Below, one piece after another: positions 54,315-63,406 of a DNA stretch of 64,000 nucleotides. The position numbers and the translations under genes were made by a program. The stretch comes from Hyalangium minutum (lineage in GTDB: Bacteria > Myxococcota > Myxococcia > Myxococcales > Myxococcaceae): the NCBI RefSeq assembly GCF_000737315.1, contig NZ_JMCB01000008.1, positions 372,001 to 436,000 on the forward strand, in the 5' to 3' direction. The notes under the pieces were generated by a model, which did not search any database, was not told the origin of the DNA, and was given only the letters and a program-made list of their open reading frames with translations. Each line of letters begins with the position of its first letter. The stretch's first letter is position 1.

Positions 54315-54655
54315 TGGCCGGAGTTCATGGGTCCGCTATCAAACATCCGGCCAGTCAAGCGCCTCATTCAACTCGCGCCTTTTGCCCGAGAAACTGTTGG
54401 ACGGAAACAAGCAGGCAAGACGGAAGACACCGAACAGGGGGTCGGCTCTTCGCTTGGAACTGGCGGTGCCGGTCTCCGAAACTGCGATGACGAACACATC
54501 CAGTGTTGTTCTCTCGCGTCGACGAAGCGATTGACTGGATTAGGACTCACAAGGCTGAAGTGGCACTCGGAATGGTCGTTATCATTGCCGGAACCGCCTT
54601 CGTCATCACCACAGGCGGCACTGGCGCGCTGATTCTCGCTCCTCTTGCACTCTAA
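54315..54655 (+). pseudogene. Internally deleted, frameshifted myxobacterial Cys-containing (toxin-like) gene
   Basis: ...GLRNCDDEHIQC joins out of frame to FSRVDEAIDWIRTHKAEVALGMVVIIAGTAFVITTGGTGALILAPLAL* (TAA 54653-54655). Confidence 0.55.
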
Positions 54656-54667
54656 CCTGACACGCCA

Positions 54668-55045
54668 ATGACCTATAACTCAAACTTCGACATTGACGCC
54701 GTCATGAAGACCGTTGGTACAGTGGGAGCAAAATACCCGGAGGGTACGCCGGAAGACGAGGCGCTCCGAATTGTCTCGCTGGCGTTGCTTTACGTTCGCG
54801 ACATCCAGAAGTTGGATGACTACCGTGAATATTTCCGGCGATTCTTCACCTACAAGCCTGTGACCATTGCTCAGACATTCGCGACAAGAGACGAAGCGGA
54901 CACGTGGCTCGCCAGCGGAGAAGCAAAGGACGGCGATCTGGTCAAAATCGCTGACCAAGGGTTCATCGTGATAGATGCGCTCAAGGGGTTGAAGTTCGTG
55001 CCGACGCGCCTGCCGGAGGAACTGGCACCTCCAGGTTCGCAGTAG
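54668..55045 (+). CDS. Small hypothetical protein, putative orphan immunity/partner protein
   Basis: Intact 125-aa ORF 12 nt after the remnant; lower GC. Confidence 0.7.
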   Translation: MTYNSNFDIDAVMKTVGTVGAKYPEGTPEDEALRIVSLALLYVRDIQKLDDYREYFRRFFTYKPVTIAQTFATRDEADTWLASGEAKDGDLVKIADQGFIVIDALKGLKFVPTRLPEELAPPGSQ

Positions 55046-55209
55046 GCCACGCTCGGGCGGTGCGGGCTACTGAGGTGGGCATTGCAGACCGTGTACGCGC
55101 GGCCCGCAAGTTCTGGCCGCTCGCATCCGTGAGCGGCTCCCCCCTGGTGGCCGCATGTACCCCCCGTGTGCCCCTCCAGCGGGGAATTGAGGGGTTTTGC
55201 TTCCGCCTT

Positions 55210-55237
55210 GATGCGGGTTCGATTCCCGCCGCTCCCA
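55210..55237 (+). other. tmRNA/tRNA 3'-end fragment (T-arm + acceptor strand), att-like
   Basis: GCGGG-TTCGATT-CCCGC then CGCTCCC-A; no 5' part upstream; followed by a GCCGCC/GGCGGC hairpin and repeated GGGACC. Confidence 0.6.
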
Positions 55238-55427
55238 AGCAGAGCAACCCGCCGCTTTCAAGGCGCCGCCCTCTGAGAACGGCGGCGGCGCTCGCATTTT
55301 CGGGACCAAATCCGGTTTTTGGGACCCCAAAAGGACCAAGCCGGAGACGGAAACGACATGAGCAAGACGTGGCTCGGCAAGTGGAAGCGTATAGGCGGGA
55401 TACGCCTGGCTAGACAACGCGGCCACC

Positions 55428-56073
55428 ATGAGTGGCCAGGTCATCATCCGAGACCTGGGGCTGGATGGAAACTCCGCCAACAACACCACCGCCGAGACGA
55501 ATGGCATGGTGTTGCTGGCCGACAACGCTGTCGTGGAGAACACCCAGATCTTGAACATGCGGGGCTCTGGAATCCAGCTGACGAGCACCAACCGCGCGGG
55601 CACTCCAGCGAATGCACTCTCAAGCTCCTTCCCCACGCTGGGAGGGCGCATCGCGAAAAATGTCATTTCGAAGCCGGGCGGCCACGGCATCCTCATCAAG
55701 GGTGTGGACTGGCTCGTCGAAGTGCTCGACAACCAGATCGATGGCACCGGCCTGGATGGTATCGTCCTGGACAGCGGTAGCGTGTGTGTGGTGCGCGGCA
55801 ATGACCTCTTCATGATCGGCAAGAATGGGATCGTCACCAAGGCCCATGTGTTCATCACCACCGTAAAGTAGCCTCACCGTGATCGGGAACACCCTTGATG
55901 GCGTGGGGGGCACTGGGCTTGGGAACAATGGCCTTCATTATACCTATGGTGTCGCTCTTTCGAGCACTGGGACCTGGATCATCAAAGATAACTTGATTAA
56001 CCATATCGGAAGCATACACACGCCGTATTTGAAGACGTACCAGAAAACAGATTCGGAATGCAGCAGTTTCTAG
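55428..56073 (+). pseudogene. Fragmented right-handed beta-helix (pectate-lyase-like) gene
   Basis: IRDLGLDGN, NTQILNMRGSGI, KNVISKPGGHGI, DNQIDGTGLDGI; stop at 55871 then continues in another frame (IGNTLDG, KDNLIN). Confidence 0.6.
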
Positions 56074-56155
56074 GCAGCGCGCCGCCAGGCATCAGACATC
56101 CTTCCATTCAATTTCTCCATGCACTTTGAGTAGCTCGCCAGTATAGCGTGATGAC

Positions 56156-57598
56156 ATGAACCGATTCGCCGTCACAATGTTAGTGGTTACGCTGTCCGCG
56201 GGGGTGTGCGAGGCGTTGGGCTCCAGCCCGCCAGGCTACAGCGTTCAGATAACGCGCGCTGGCCTCGACCCCCTCATCAACGGCATTGCCAACCTGTCCG
56301 AGGCGTACGCCAAGAAAAGCCCTGCGCCGGACGCCACCATGGACATCTCTAACGTCCACTTGATCTTCAAAGGGATGAGCATCAGCACGTTGGAGCGGCC
56401 GGCGTTCGTGTACACGTTGCAAGCACCGAACAAGCTCCTCACCAAGGTCACCTTGCCCAAGGTCATCATCAAGGGCCTCTTTCAGGCGTCGCGACGGACG
56501 CAATTCGAGACGCAAGAAGATCAAGGCAACGTCGACTTCACCCTGGTCAACGCCACGCTCACGCAGTCCGTCACCCTCGGCACGTTCGAGAACGGCATCC
56601 TGAGAGTCGACCAACGCGACTGCAAAGCGACCCTCGGTTCGACCAACGTGGCCATCCAGAACAACCAACAATCATTCTCGGCCGATGCAGTCAGGGCAGC
56701 CGCCCCAGCGGAACGGCAACTGCTCGCCACGAATCTGTGCAACGTGTTGACCCAGCTGCTGACGAAGAAAGTGGACAGGGCCCTGGCTCAATTGCCAAGC
56801 GTGTTGAGCTTCAGCAACAACGTGTCGTTGAAGGGGCAGCTCACGCCGGCCTTCACAGTCGACTCTGTCAAAGTGAACTTCTCCGAAGAGAGCATCACCG
56901 GCTTCGCCAGTGCCTGGGCGCCGGTCCTGTGCGACACGAGCGTGGCAGGCAGTCCGCAGGCCATCCTGACCGTGAGCGACGTCACGTTCAACAAGCTCTT
57001 GTACCTGGATTACAAGAGCGGCCTCTTGAACTTCACCCTCTCGCCGTCCAGCGCGCCCATCCTGTACCAGAAAATAACGTTGGACTGCGGCGAGTCCGGC
57101 GTGTGCCTGGGCAACGTGGACAAGAAGTTGCCCGAGCGCTTCGGCAAGGACGCAAAGGTCGAGCTGCAGATGGAAGCGCCCATGGCGTCCACCCTCGAAT
57201 TCAAAGAGAGCAGTACCGCCATGACGGCCAGCTGGCGCGCCACTGTCTACATCACGAAGAATCAAGAGGGCGCCCCCCGGACGCTGGTGGCCAGCGGCGC
57301 TGTGTCCGCCAGCGGGCCGCTGCAAGCGAACATCCAAGGCGAGAAGGCCTACGGCAGGGTGAACATCGCGGAGCTCAAGCTCAAAGTCGATCAGCCCGAG
57401 GTGCAATCCTGGGATCAGGACGCCCAGAGCCTGTTCAAGGACATCGTCCAAACCTACATCAACGATTTCTTCTTGAAAGACGGACTCTCGTTGCCGTCGG
57501 GACTGAGCGTCGAGAACGCGAGCATCAAATTCAGCCCCCACTGTGGGAAAGCGCCGTTCAGCTTGGACTACACGGGAATCTTGAGCAGCGAAGAATGA
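56156..57598 (+). CDS. BPI/LBP/CETP-family (two-domain TULIP) secreted lipid-binding protein
   Basis: 480 aa with signal peptide; [14 protein letters not shown], Cys156/Cys195 pair, [37 protein letters not shown] align by eye to BPI landmarks. Confidence 0.8.
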   Translation: [480 protein letters not shown]

Positions 57599-57627
57599 CC
57601 CAAAGAGAGCGCTCCGAGGCCATGCTG

Positions 57628-58050
57628 CTATGGGGCGCGCGGCGCTCTGGCCCCAATGTCTTGCCCCATGGCACGGGACATCGGAGGGTTGCGCGCGGCG
57701 GCCCGCAGCGTCACTCTCTTGCCCACGGGGGTGCCCTCGCTGTCCGAGCGCTCGGTGGGAATGGGCAGGGCGTAGTGACCATCCACGCCGCTCACCGCGA
57801 CGCCCGCCACGGCGGTCCCGTTGATGTCCAGCGCTGTCACCTCCGCGCCCGCGACTGGCTGGCCTGAGAGGAGATCGAACACCTTGCCCTCGACCTGCAC
57901 CGGCGCGAAGCACTGGGGGATATCCTTCCCGCGCACATGCTCACAGACGAGACCGGACGAGCATGAGCGTGGATCATCGAGTCTGCACTCGGTGTTGCCG
58001 ACACAGGCCATCAGCAGTGCTGCAAGGGCCGGAATGATTCGCTTCAGCAT
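57628..58050 (-). pseudogene. Truncated inverted copy of the 5' end of 52838..54244
   Basis: First ~121 aa near-identical (MLKRIIPALAALL...TLRAAARN), then an unrelated ~19-aa tail. Confidence 0.9.
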
Positions 58051-58066
58051 TCAGGAAGTCTCCTGG
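57688..58066 (-). repeat. Right copy of the ~380-bp inverted duplication
   Basis: Reverse complement of 52822..53200. Confidence 0.9.
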
Positions 58067-58186
58067 CATGAAGGGGCTCGAACGACCCGATCTGGCCCTG
58101 GTACTCCGGACGAAGGCAAGCGAAGTTGCCCCCCAGACAGCAGGCCCACTACTGTCGGAGCTTTGGTCTTCCAAAGGACCGCACGC

Positions 58187-60844
58187 GTGCGACGCTCCTC
58201 TCTCAGCCCTCGGCTCTCCCCCGCATCTTCCTCTTTCCTGGCCGTCCTGGCCCTGCTCGTCGCGGCTCCCGCCAGCGCGCAGTGGACTGCGGGGCCTGCC
58301 ATGGCGGGTGCCCACTCGCAGGGGGTGGCTGTCACCGATACCAACGGCCGCATCCACGTGATCGGCGGCAGCAGCACCACTGCCAGCGAGACCAGTCTTC
58401 ACGAGGAATTCAACCCCGCCACCAACACCTGGACCAGCCGCGCCCCCTTGCCCACCGCCAGTCGTGGCATGGGGGCCTCCCTGGGACCCGACGGACGCAT
58501 CTACGTCTATGGTGGCTACAGCGGCACGGGCGCCACCGGCGCGTTCTACGCCTACAACCCCAGCACCAACGCGTGGACCACCCTGCCCTCCATGCCCACC
58601 CCTGTGTGGATGCCTCGGGGCGACTTCGCCTTGGACGGAAGGCTCTTCGTCTTCGGTGGAGAGAACAGCTCGGGCACCCCTCTCGACACGACCCAGATCT
58701 ACAACCCCTCCAACAACCTCTGGACCCTGGGTTCAAGCATGGGCCTGGCGCGCAAACAGCATGGGGTCTTCCGAGGCTCGAGTGGGAGCCTCTACGTCGT
58801 GGGCGGCCAGAACGCCAACGGCGTGGCGATCAGCTTGGTGTATTCCTACACCCCCTTCACCGGTACCTGGAACGTCGGCCCGAGCATGCCGGTGGCCATG
58901 AACTCCTTCGGCCAGGCCCTCTCGGCAGACCGCACCCGGTTCTTCGTGCTTGGAGGCTCGAGCAGCAACGGCAACGACAGCGCGCCCTACTTCAACAATG
59001 TCTACATGTTCAACGAGGAGACCCATACCTGGTCGAGCCTCACCCCGCTCACCACGGGGCGCCGCGACCTGGCGGCCAGCGTGATCGGCTGCCGGCTGCG
59101 TGCCCTCGGCGGCACCAACGGCACCCGCCTCGCGACCCATGAGGTGTTCCAGCTCACCGGCGCGCCAGACGACAATGGCAATGGTCTACCGGACTACTGC
59201 GAGAATGGGGCGGACAGGGATGGCGACTCGGTGGCGGACGCCAACGACAACTGCCCTACCCTCTCCAACCCGGATCAGCGCAACACCGACGGTGACAGCC
59301 AGGGTGACGCGTGCGACGCCGACGATGACAACGATGGGGTGCCCGACACCACCGACAACTGCTCGCTGGTGGCCAACGCCAGCCAGGCCAACGCGGACGG
59401 CGACAGCCAGGGTGACGCGTGCGACGCCGACGACGACAACGATGGGGTGCCCGATACCACCGACAACTGCTCGCTGGTGGCCAACGCCAACCAGACCAAC
59501 ACGGACGGAGACAGCCAGGGTGACGTCTGCGACGCCGACGACGACAACGATGGGGTACAGGACACCGTCGACAACTGCTCCCTGATCTCCAATTCGAACC
59601 AGACCAACACCGACGGAGACAGCCAGGGCGACGTCTGTGACGCGGACGATGACAACGACGGAGTGGCGGACGTCACCGATAACTGCTCCCTCCTCTCCAA
59701 TCCGGACCAGCGCAACACGGACAATGACAGCCAGGGTGACATCTGCGACGCCGACGACGACAACGATGGGCTGCAGGACACCGTCGACAACTGCCCCCTG
59801 ATCTCCAATTCGAACCAGACCAACACCGACAGCGACAGCCAGGGTGACGCGTGCGACGCGGACGACGACAACGACGGCGTGGCGGACGCCACCGATAACT
59901 GCTCCCTCCTCTCCAACCCGGATCAGCGCAACACGGACAATGACAGCCAGGGTGACGTCTGCGACGCCGACGACGACGGCGATGGGGTGCCCGACACCAC
60001 CGACAACTGCGTCCTGATCTCCAACCCGGGTCAGGCTGATCAGGACAACGATGGCCGAGGCGATGTCTGCGACAACGACGGCGACAACGACACCGTGTCC
60101 GATGCGCAGGACAACTGCCCCACCGTCCCCAACGCGGACCAGACCGACTCGGATGGCGACAACCAGGGCAACGTTTGCGACCTGGATGATGATGGCGACG
60201 GAGTGGCGGACGCCACCGACAACTGCTCGCTCATCGCCAACTCCGACCAGCGCAACACCGACGGAGATTTTGACGGTGACGTGTGCGACCAGGATGACGA
60301 CAACGACAGCATCACGGACAACGGGGACAACTGCCCCCTGGTGGTCAACACCGACCAGCGCAACACCGACGGCGACAGCACGGGCGATGCCTGCGACAGC
60401 GACAGTGACAATGACGGGGTGCCTGACACCACCGATAACTGCGACTTCGTCTCCAACGCCGATCAGGCCAACGCCGACAACGACGCGCAGGGCAACGCTT
60501 GCGACTCGGACGACGACAATGACACCGTGGCCGATGGCTCGGACAACTGCCCGCTCACCCCCAACACCGACCAGGCCGACAGCAACAGGAACGGCAAGGG
60601 CGACGCCTGCGACGTGGACAACGACACCGACAAGGACGGCATCGCCAACGCCGTGGACAACTGCCCCCAGGTGGCCAACCCTGACCAGGCGGACTCCGAC
60701 ACGGACGGCAAGGGCGACGCCTGCGAGGGCGACGGCGAGGGCGGAGGTTGCGGCTGCGGCGCGGGCCCTACCGGCGCCTCGAGCCTGATGGTGTGGGCGC
60801 TGGCCAGCCTCGCCCTGATGGCCCGTCGGCGCTTCGTCCGCTGA
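58187..60844 (+). CDS. Kelch propeller + 14 thrombospondin type-3 repeats + MYXO-CTERM surface protein
   Basis: GTG start after AAGGA; signal ..AAPASA; GG..Y..W Kelch blades; 14 DNC repeats; GGGCGCGAG...LALMARRRFVR. Confidence 0.9.
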   Translation: MRRSSLSPRLSPASSSFLAVLALLVAAPASAQWTAGPAMAGAHSQGVAVTDTNGRIHVIGGSSTTASETSLHEEFNPATNTWTSRAPLPTASRGMGASLGPDGRIYVYGGYSGTGATGAFYAYNPSTNAWTTLPSMPTPVWMPRGDFALDGRLFVFGGENSSGTPLDTTQIYNPSNNLWTLGSSMGLARKQHGVFRGSSGSLYVVGGQNANGVAISLVYSYTPFTGTWNVGPSMPVAMNSFGQALSADRTRFFVLGGSSSNGNDSAPYFNNVYMFNEETHTWSSLTPLTTGRRDLAASVIGCRLRALGGTNGTRLATHEVFQLTGAPDDNGNGLPDYCENGADRDGDSVADANDNCPTLSNPDQRNTDGDSQGDACDADDDNDGVPDTTDNCSLVANASQANADGDSQGDACDADDDNDGVPDTTDNCSLVANANQTNTDGDSQGDVCDADDDNDGVQDTVDNCSLISNSNQTNTDGDSQGDVCDADDDNDGVADVTDNCSLLSNPDQRNTDNDSQGDICDADDDNDGLQDTVDNCPLISNSNQTNTDSDSQGDACDADDDNDGVADATDNCSLLSNPDQRNTDNDSQGDVCDADDDGDGVPDTTDNCVLISNPGQADQDNDGRGDVCDNDGDNDTVSDAQDNCPTVPNADQTDSDGDNQGNVCDLDDDGDGVADATDNCSLIANSDQRNTDGDFDGDVCDQDDDNDSITDNGDNCPLVVNTDQRNTDGDSTGDACDSDSDNDGVPDTTDNCDFVSNADQANADNDAQGNACDSDDDNDTVADGSDNCPLTPNTDQADSNRNGKGDACDVDNDTDKDGIANAVDNCPQVANPDQADSDTDGKGDACEGDGEGGGCGCGAGPTGASSLMVWALASLALMARRRFVR

Positions 60845-60994
60845 GACCTGAGCCCTGGATGGGGCCTTGCTCACAAGCCCAGCCCTCTGACATCCCCCTG
60901 CTGCGAGGACAGCCTGGGCAGGGGTGTGCATCATTCTCCTGCTCGCCAGCTCATTCCTTCCGTGGGGCCATCCCGGCCCCTCGAAAGTGAAACC

Positions 60995-63286
60995 ATGCCT
61001 ACCCTCCGGCGTCTCGCCTACCTAACCGCGGTGCTGGTCTTTGCCGTCGCCTGCACTTCCGAGCCCACCGGCTCCGTGCAATTCATCGCCTCTGTCCCTC
61101 AGGCCCTCTCCGCCAACGATGTCACCCGCGTCAAGGTGACCGTCTCCGCCGCGGATATGTCTTCCCTCGTCGTCGAGATGGCACCGTCTCATGGCTCCTG
61201 GGGCGGACTCATCGGCAACATCCCGGCTGGCTCCAACCGCTCCTTCCTCGCCGAGGCCTTCGACTCCTCCGGTATCAGGCGCTTCCAGGGCCAGAGCTCT
61301 GGCGTCACCATCACCGCCAACCAGACCACCGCCGTGGCCATCACCCTCCAGGAGCTGGCTCCCCCTCTTCCCTATGCCAATGAGGCTCCCGTCATTGACT
61401 CCCTGGTGGCCTCCTCCACCTCTGTCCAGGCCGGTTCCGCGCTCTCGCTGACAGCCACGGTTCATGATCCCAACGCCGGAGACACCCTCACCCTCGCGTG
61501 GACTGCCTCCGGTGGCACCTTCACCGCCCCCACGGCCACGAGCACCTCCTGGACGGCTCCTTCCTCTGCAGGCGTGCAGACGCTCACCCTCACGGTGACC
61601 GACTCCCAGGGCGCTGCCGTCGCCGTCTCTCTCGCCGTCAACGTCCTCTCTGGGGCCTCCACCGGTAACGCCGCCGTCAACATCTCCTTCAACCTCTGGC
61701 CCACTGTCTCCAGCGTCTCGGCCTCTCTCCACCGCCTGGATGCAGGTCAGTCCACCACCGTCTCCGCCCATGCCTCGGATGCCGATGGCGACGCCCTCTC
61801 CTACCAGTGGGCTGCGAGCTGCCCTGGTACCTGGACGAATGCGGCTTCCAGCTCCGCATCCTTCGAGCCTTCCTCGGTTCCGGCCGGCGTGTGCAACAAC
61901 TGCCGGCTCACCGTCACCGTTCAGGACGGTCGCGGCGGGCAGACCACCGGCTCGCTCCACCTCTGCATCGCCTCCTCCTCTACCCAGCGCTTCGCTCCGT
62001 CCTTCACTCACTACTACCAGTCCGCTACGGCCGCCTCCCCGGGCCAGACCGTGACCTTTGACGTCACCGCCCTGGACCCTCAGTCCAGTACTCTGACGTT
62101 TGCCTGGGCCTCCAACACTGGCTCGCTTGCCTCGGCCCAGCACACCGCCAACACCAGCCATGTTGTTTGGACGGCACCGGCCTGCGTGCAAACAGGTGTC
62201 ACCCCCACCGTCACCGCTACCGTCACCAATGCCTACGGCTTGCCGGCCTCCAAGGCGTTCTCCCTTTCTGGCCTGCCGACGTGCGCGGCCGACTGGACCG
62301 CTTCAGGCTCCATGTCCGTCGCCCGCCGGTTCCACACCGCCACCCGGCTCGTCTCCGGCAAGGTCTTCGTCACGGGAGGCGACGATTCGTCTGGCTATCA
62401 CACCGCCGCGGACGTGTTCGATCCGGTCACCCGTTCCTGGTCCGCCGCGGCCCCCATGGCCGTGGGCCGCAATGCCCACGCCGCCGCCCTGCTCGCCTCC
62501 GGGAAGGTCCTCGTCACGGGGGGCAACAATGCTGGCGCCCTTTCCACCGCTGCGGTGTACGACCCGGATACCAACTCCTGGTCCGCGGCCACCTCCATGA
62601 CCACGGCCCGTTTCCACCACACCTCCACCCTGCTGCCCTCCGGCAAGGTGCTTATCGCGGGAGGCCTCAACTCGGCTGGCGGCCTTGCCACCGCGGCCCT
62701 GTACGATCCGGCCACCAACTCCTGGTCCGCGGCCGGGTCTATGGCTTCGGTCCGCTACCAACACATCGCCACCCTGCTGCCCTCGGGCAAAGTGCTCGTC
62801 ACCGGGGGCCCCGGCTCTCCCCTTGCCGCCGCGGAGGTGTACAACCCGGCCACCAATACCTGGGCCTCCGCCGGTTCCATGGCCACGGCCCGCCAGCTTC
62901 ACACCGCCACCCTGCTCTCCTCCGGCAAGGTCCTCGTCGCGGGAGGTGATCAGCCTGGCCCCCTTGCCTCCGCGGAGGTGTATGACCCGGCCACCAACTC
63001 CTGGTCCGCGGCTGCTCCCATGGCCGTGGGCCGCCGGGCTCACGCCGCCGCCCTGCTGCCCTCTGGCAAGGTGCTCATCGCGGGAGGCCTGGGCACCAAC
63101 AGTCCCATGGCTGCTTCGGAGGTGTACGACCCGGCCACCAACTCCTGGTCCTCCACCGATTCCATGACATCGCTCCGCAACTACCACACCGCCACCGCGC
63201 TCTCTTCGGGCGAGGTTCTCGTCACGGGGGGCTACACGGCCCTCCACTCTGCCGTCACCTCCTCCACGGAGCTCTACAGGCCCTGA
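60995..63286 (+). CDS. Lipoprotein with Ig/PKD-like domains and seven Kelch repeats
   Basis: VFAVACTS lipobox; seven M...R..H.A.LL.SGKVL..GG blades. Confidence 0.9.
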   Translation: MPTLRRLAYLTAVLVFAVACTSEPTGSVQFIASVPQALSANDVTRVKVTVSAADMSSLVVEMAPSHGSWGGLIGNIPAGSNRSFLAEAFDSSGIRRFQGQSSGVTITANQTTAVAITLQELAPPLPYANEAPVIDSLVASSTSVQAGSALSLTATVHDPNAGDTLTLAWTASGGTFTAPTATSTSWTAPSSAGVQTLTLTVTDSQGAAVAVSLAVNVLSGASTGNAAVNISFNLWPTVSSVSASLHRLDAGQSTTVSAHASDADGDALSYQWAASCPGTWTNAASSSASFEPSSVPAGVCNNCRLTVTVQDGRGGQTTGSLHLCIASSSTQRFAPSFTHYYQSATAASPGQTVTFDVTALDPQSSTLTFAWASNTGSLASAQHTANTSHVVWTAPACVQTGVTPTVTATVTNAYGLPASKAFSLSGLPTCAADWTASGSMSVARRFHTATRLVSGKVFVTGGDDSSGYHTAADVFDPVTRSWSAAAPMAVGRNAHAAALLASGKVLVTGGNNAGALSTAAVYDPDTNSWSAATSMTTARFHHTSTLLPSGKVLIAGGLNSAGGLATAALYDPATNSWSAAGSMASVRYQHIATLLPSGKVLVTGGPGSPLAAAEVYNPATNTWASAGSMATARQLHTATLLSSGKVLVAGGDQPGPLASAEVYDPATNSWSAAAPMAVGRRAHAAALLPSGKVLIAGGLGTNSPMAASEVYDPATNSWSSTDSMTSLRNYHTATALSSGEVLVTGGYTALHSAVTSSTELYRP

Positions 63287-63406
63287 GCCTGGAAACGCCC
63301 TCTGATAACGCGTGTTTTCGATCGCGGGGATTGCGGCGAAGCGCGGGATCGTCCACGGCTGGGGACTCTCCGTCCGCCGCCGTGGACGGTTTGTGGTTAT
63401 AGGGGC

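Noticed and set aside
55210-55237. Functional tmRNA or tRNA gene
   Set aside because: Only T-arm and acceptor 3' strand are present, and the U needed for the G3-U70 pair is displaced.
57821-58186. N-terminal extension of the Kelch/TSP3 ORF as given in the ORF track
   Set aside because: It lies in the inverted duplication and intergenic DNA; the RBS and signal peptide point to GTG 58187.
59186-60934. 582-aa Val/Gly-rich minus-strand ORF
   Set aside because: Antisense of the TSP3 repeats.
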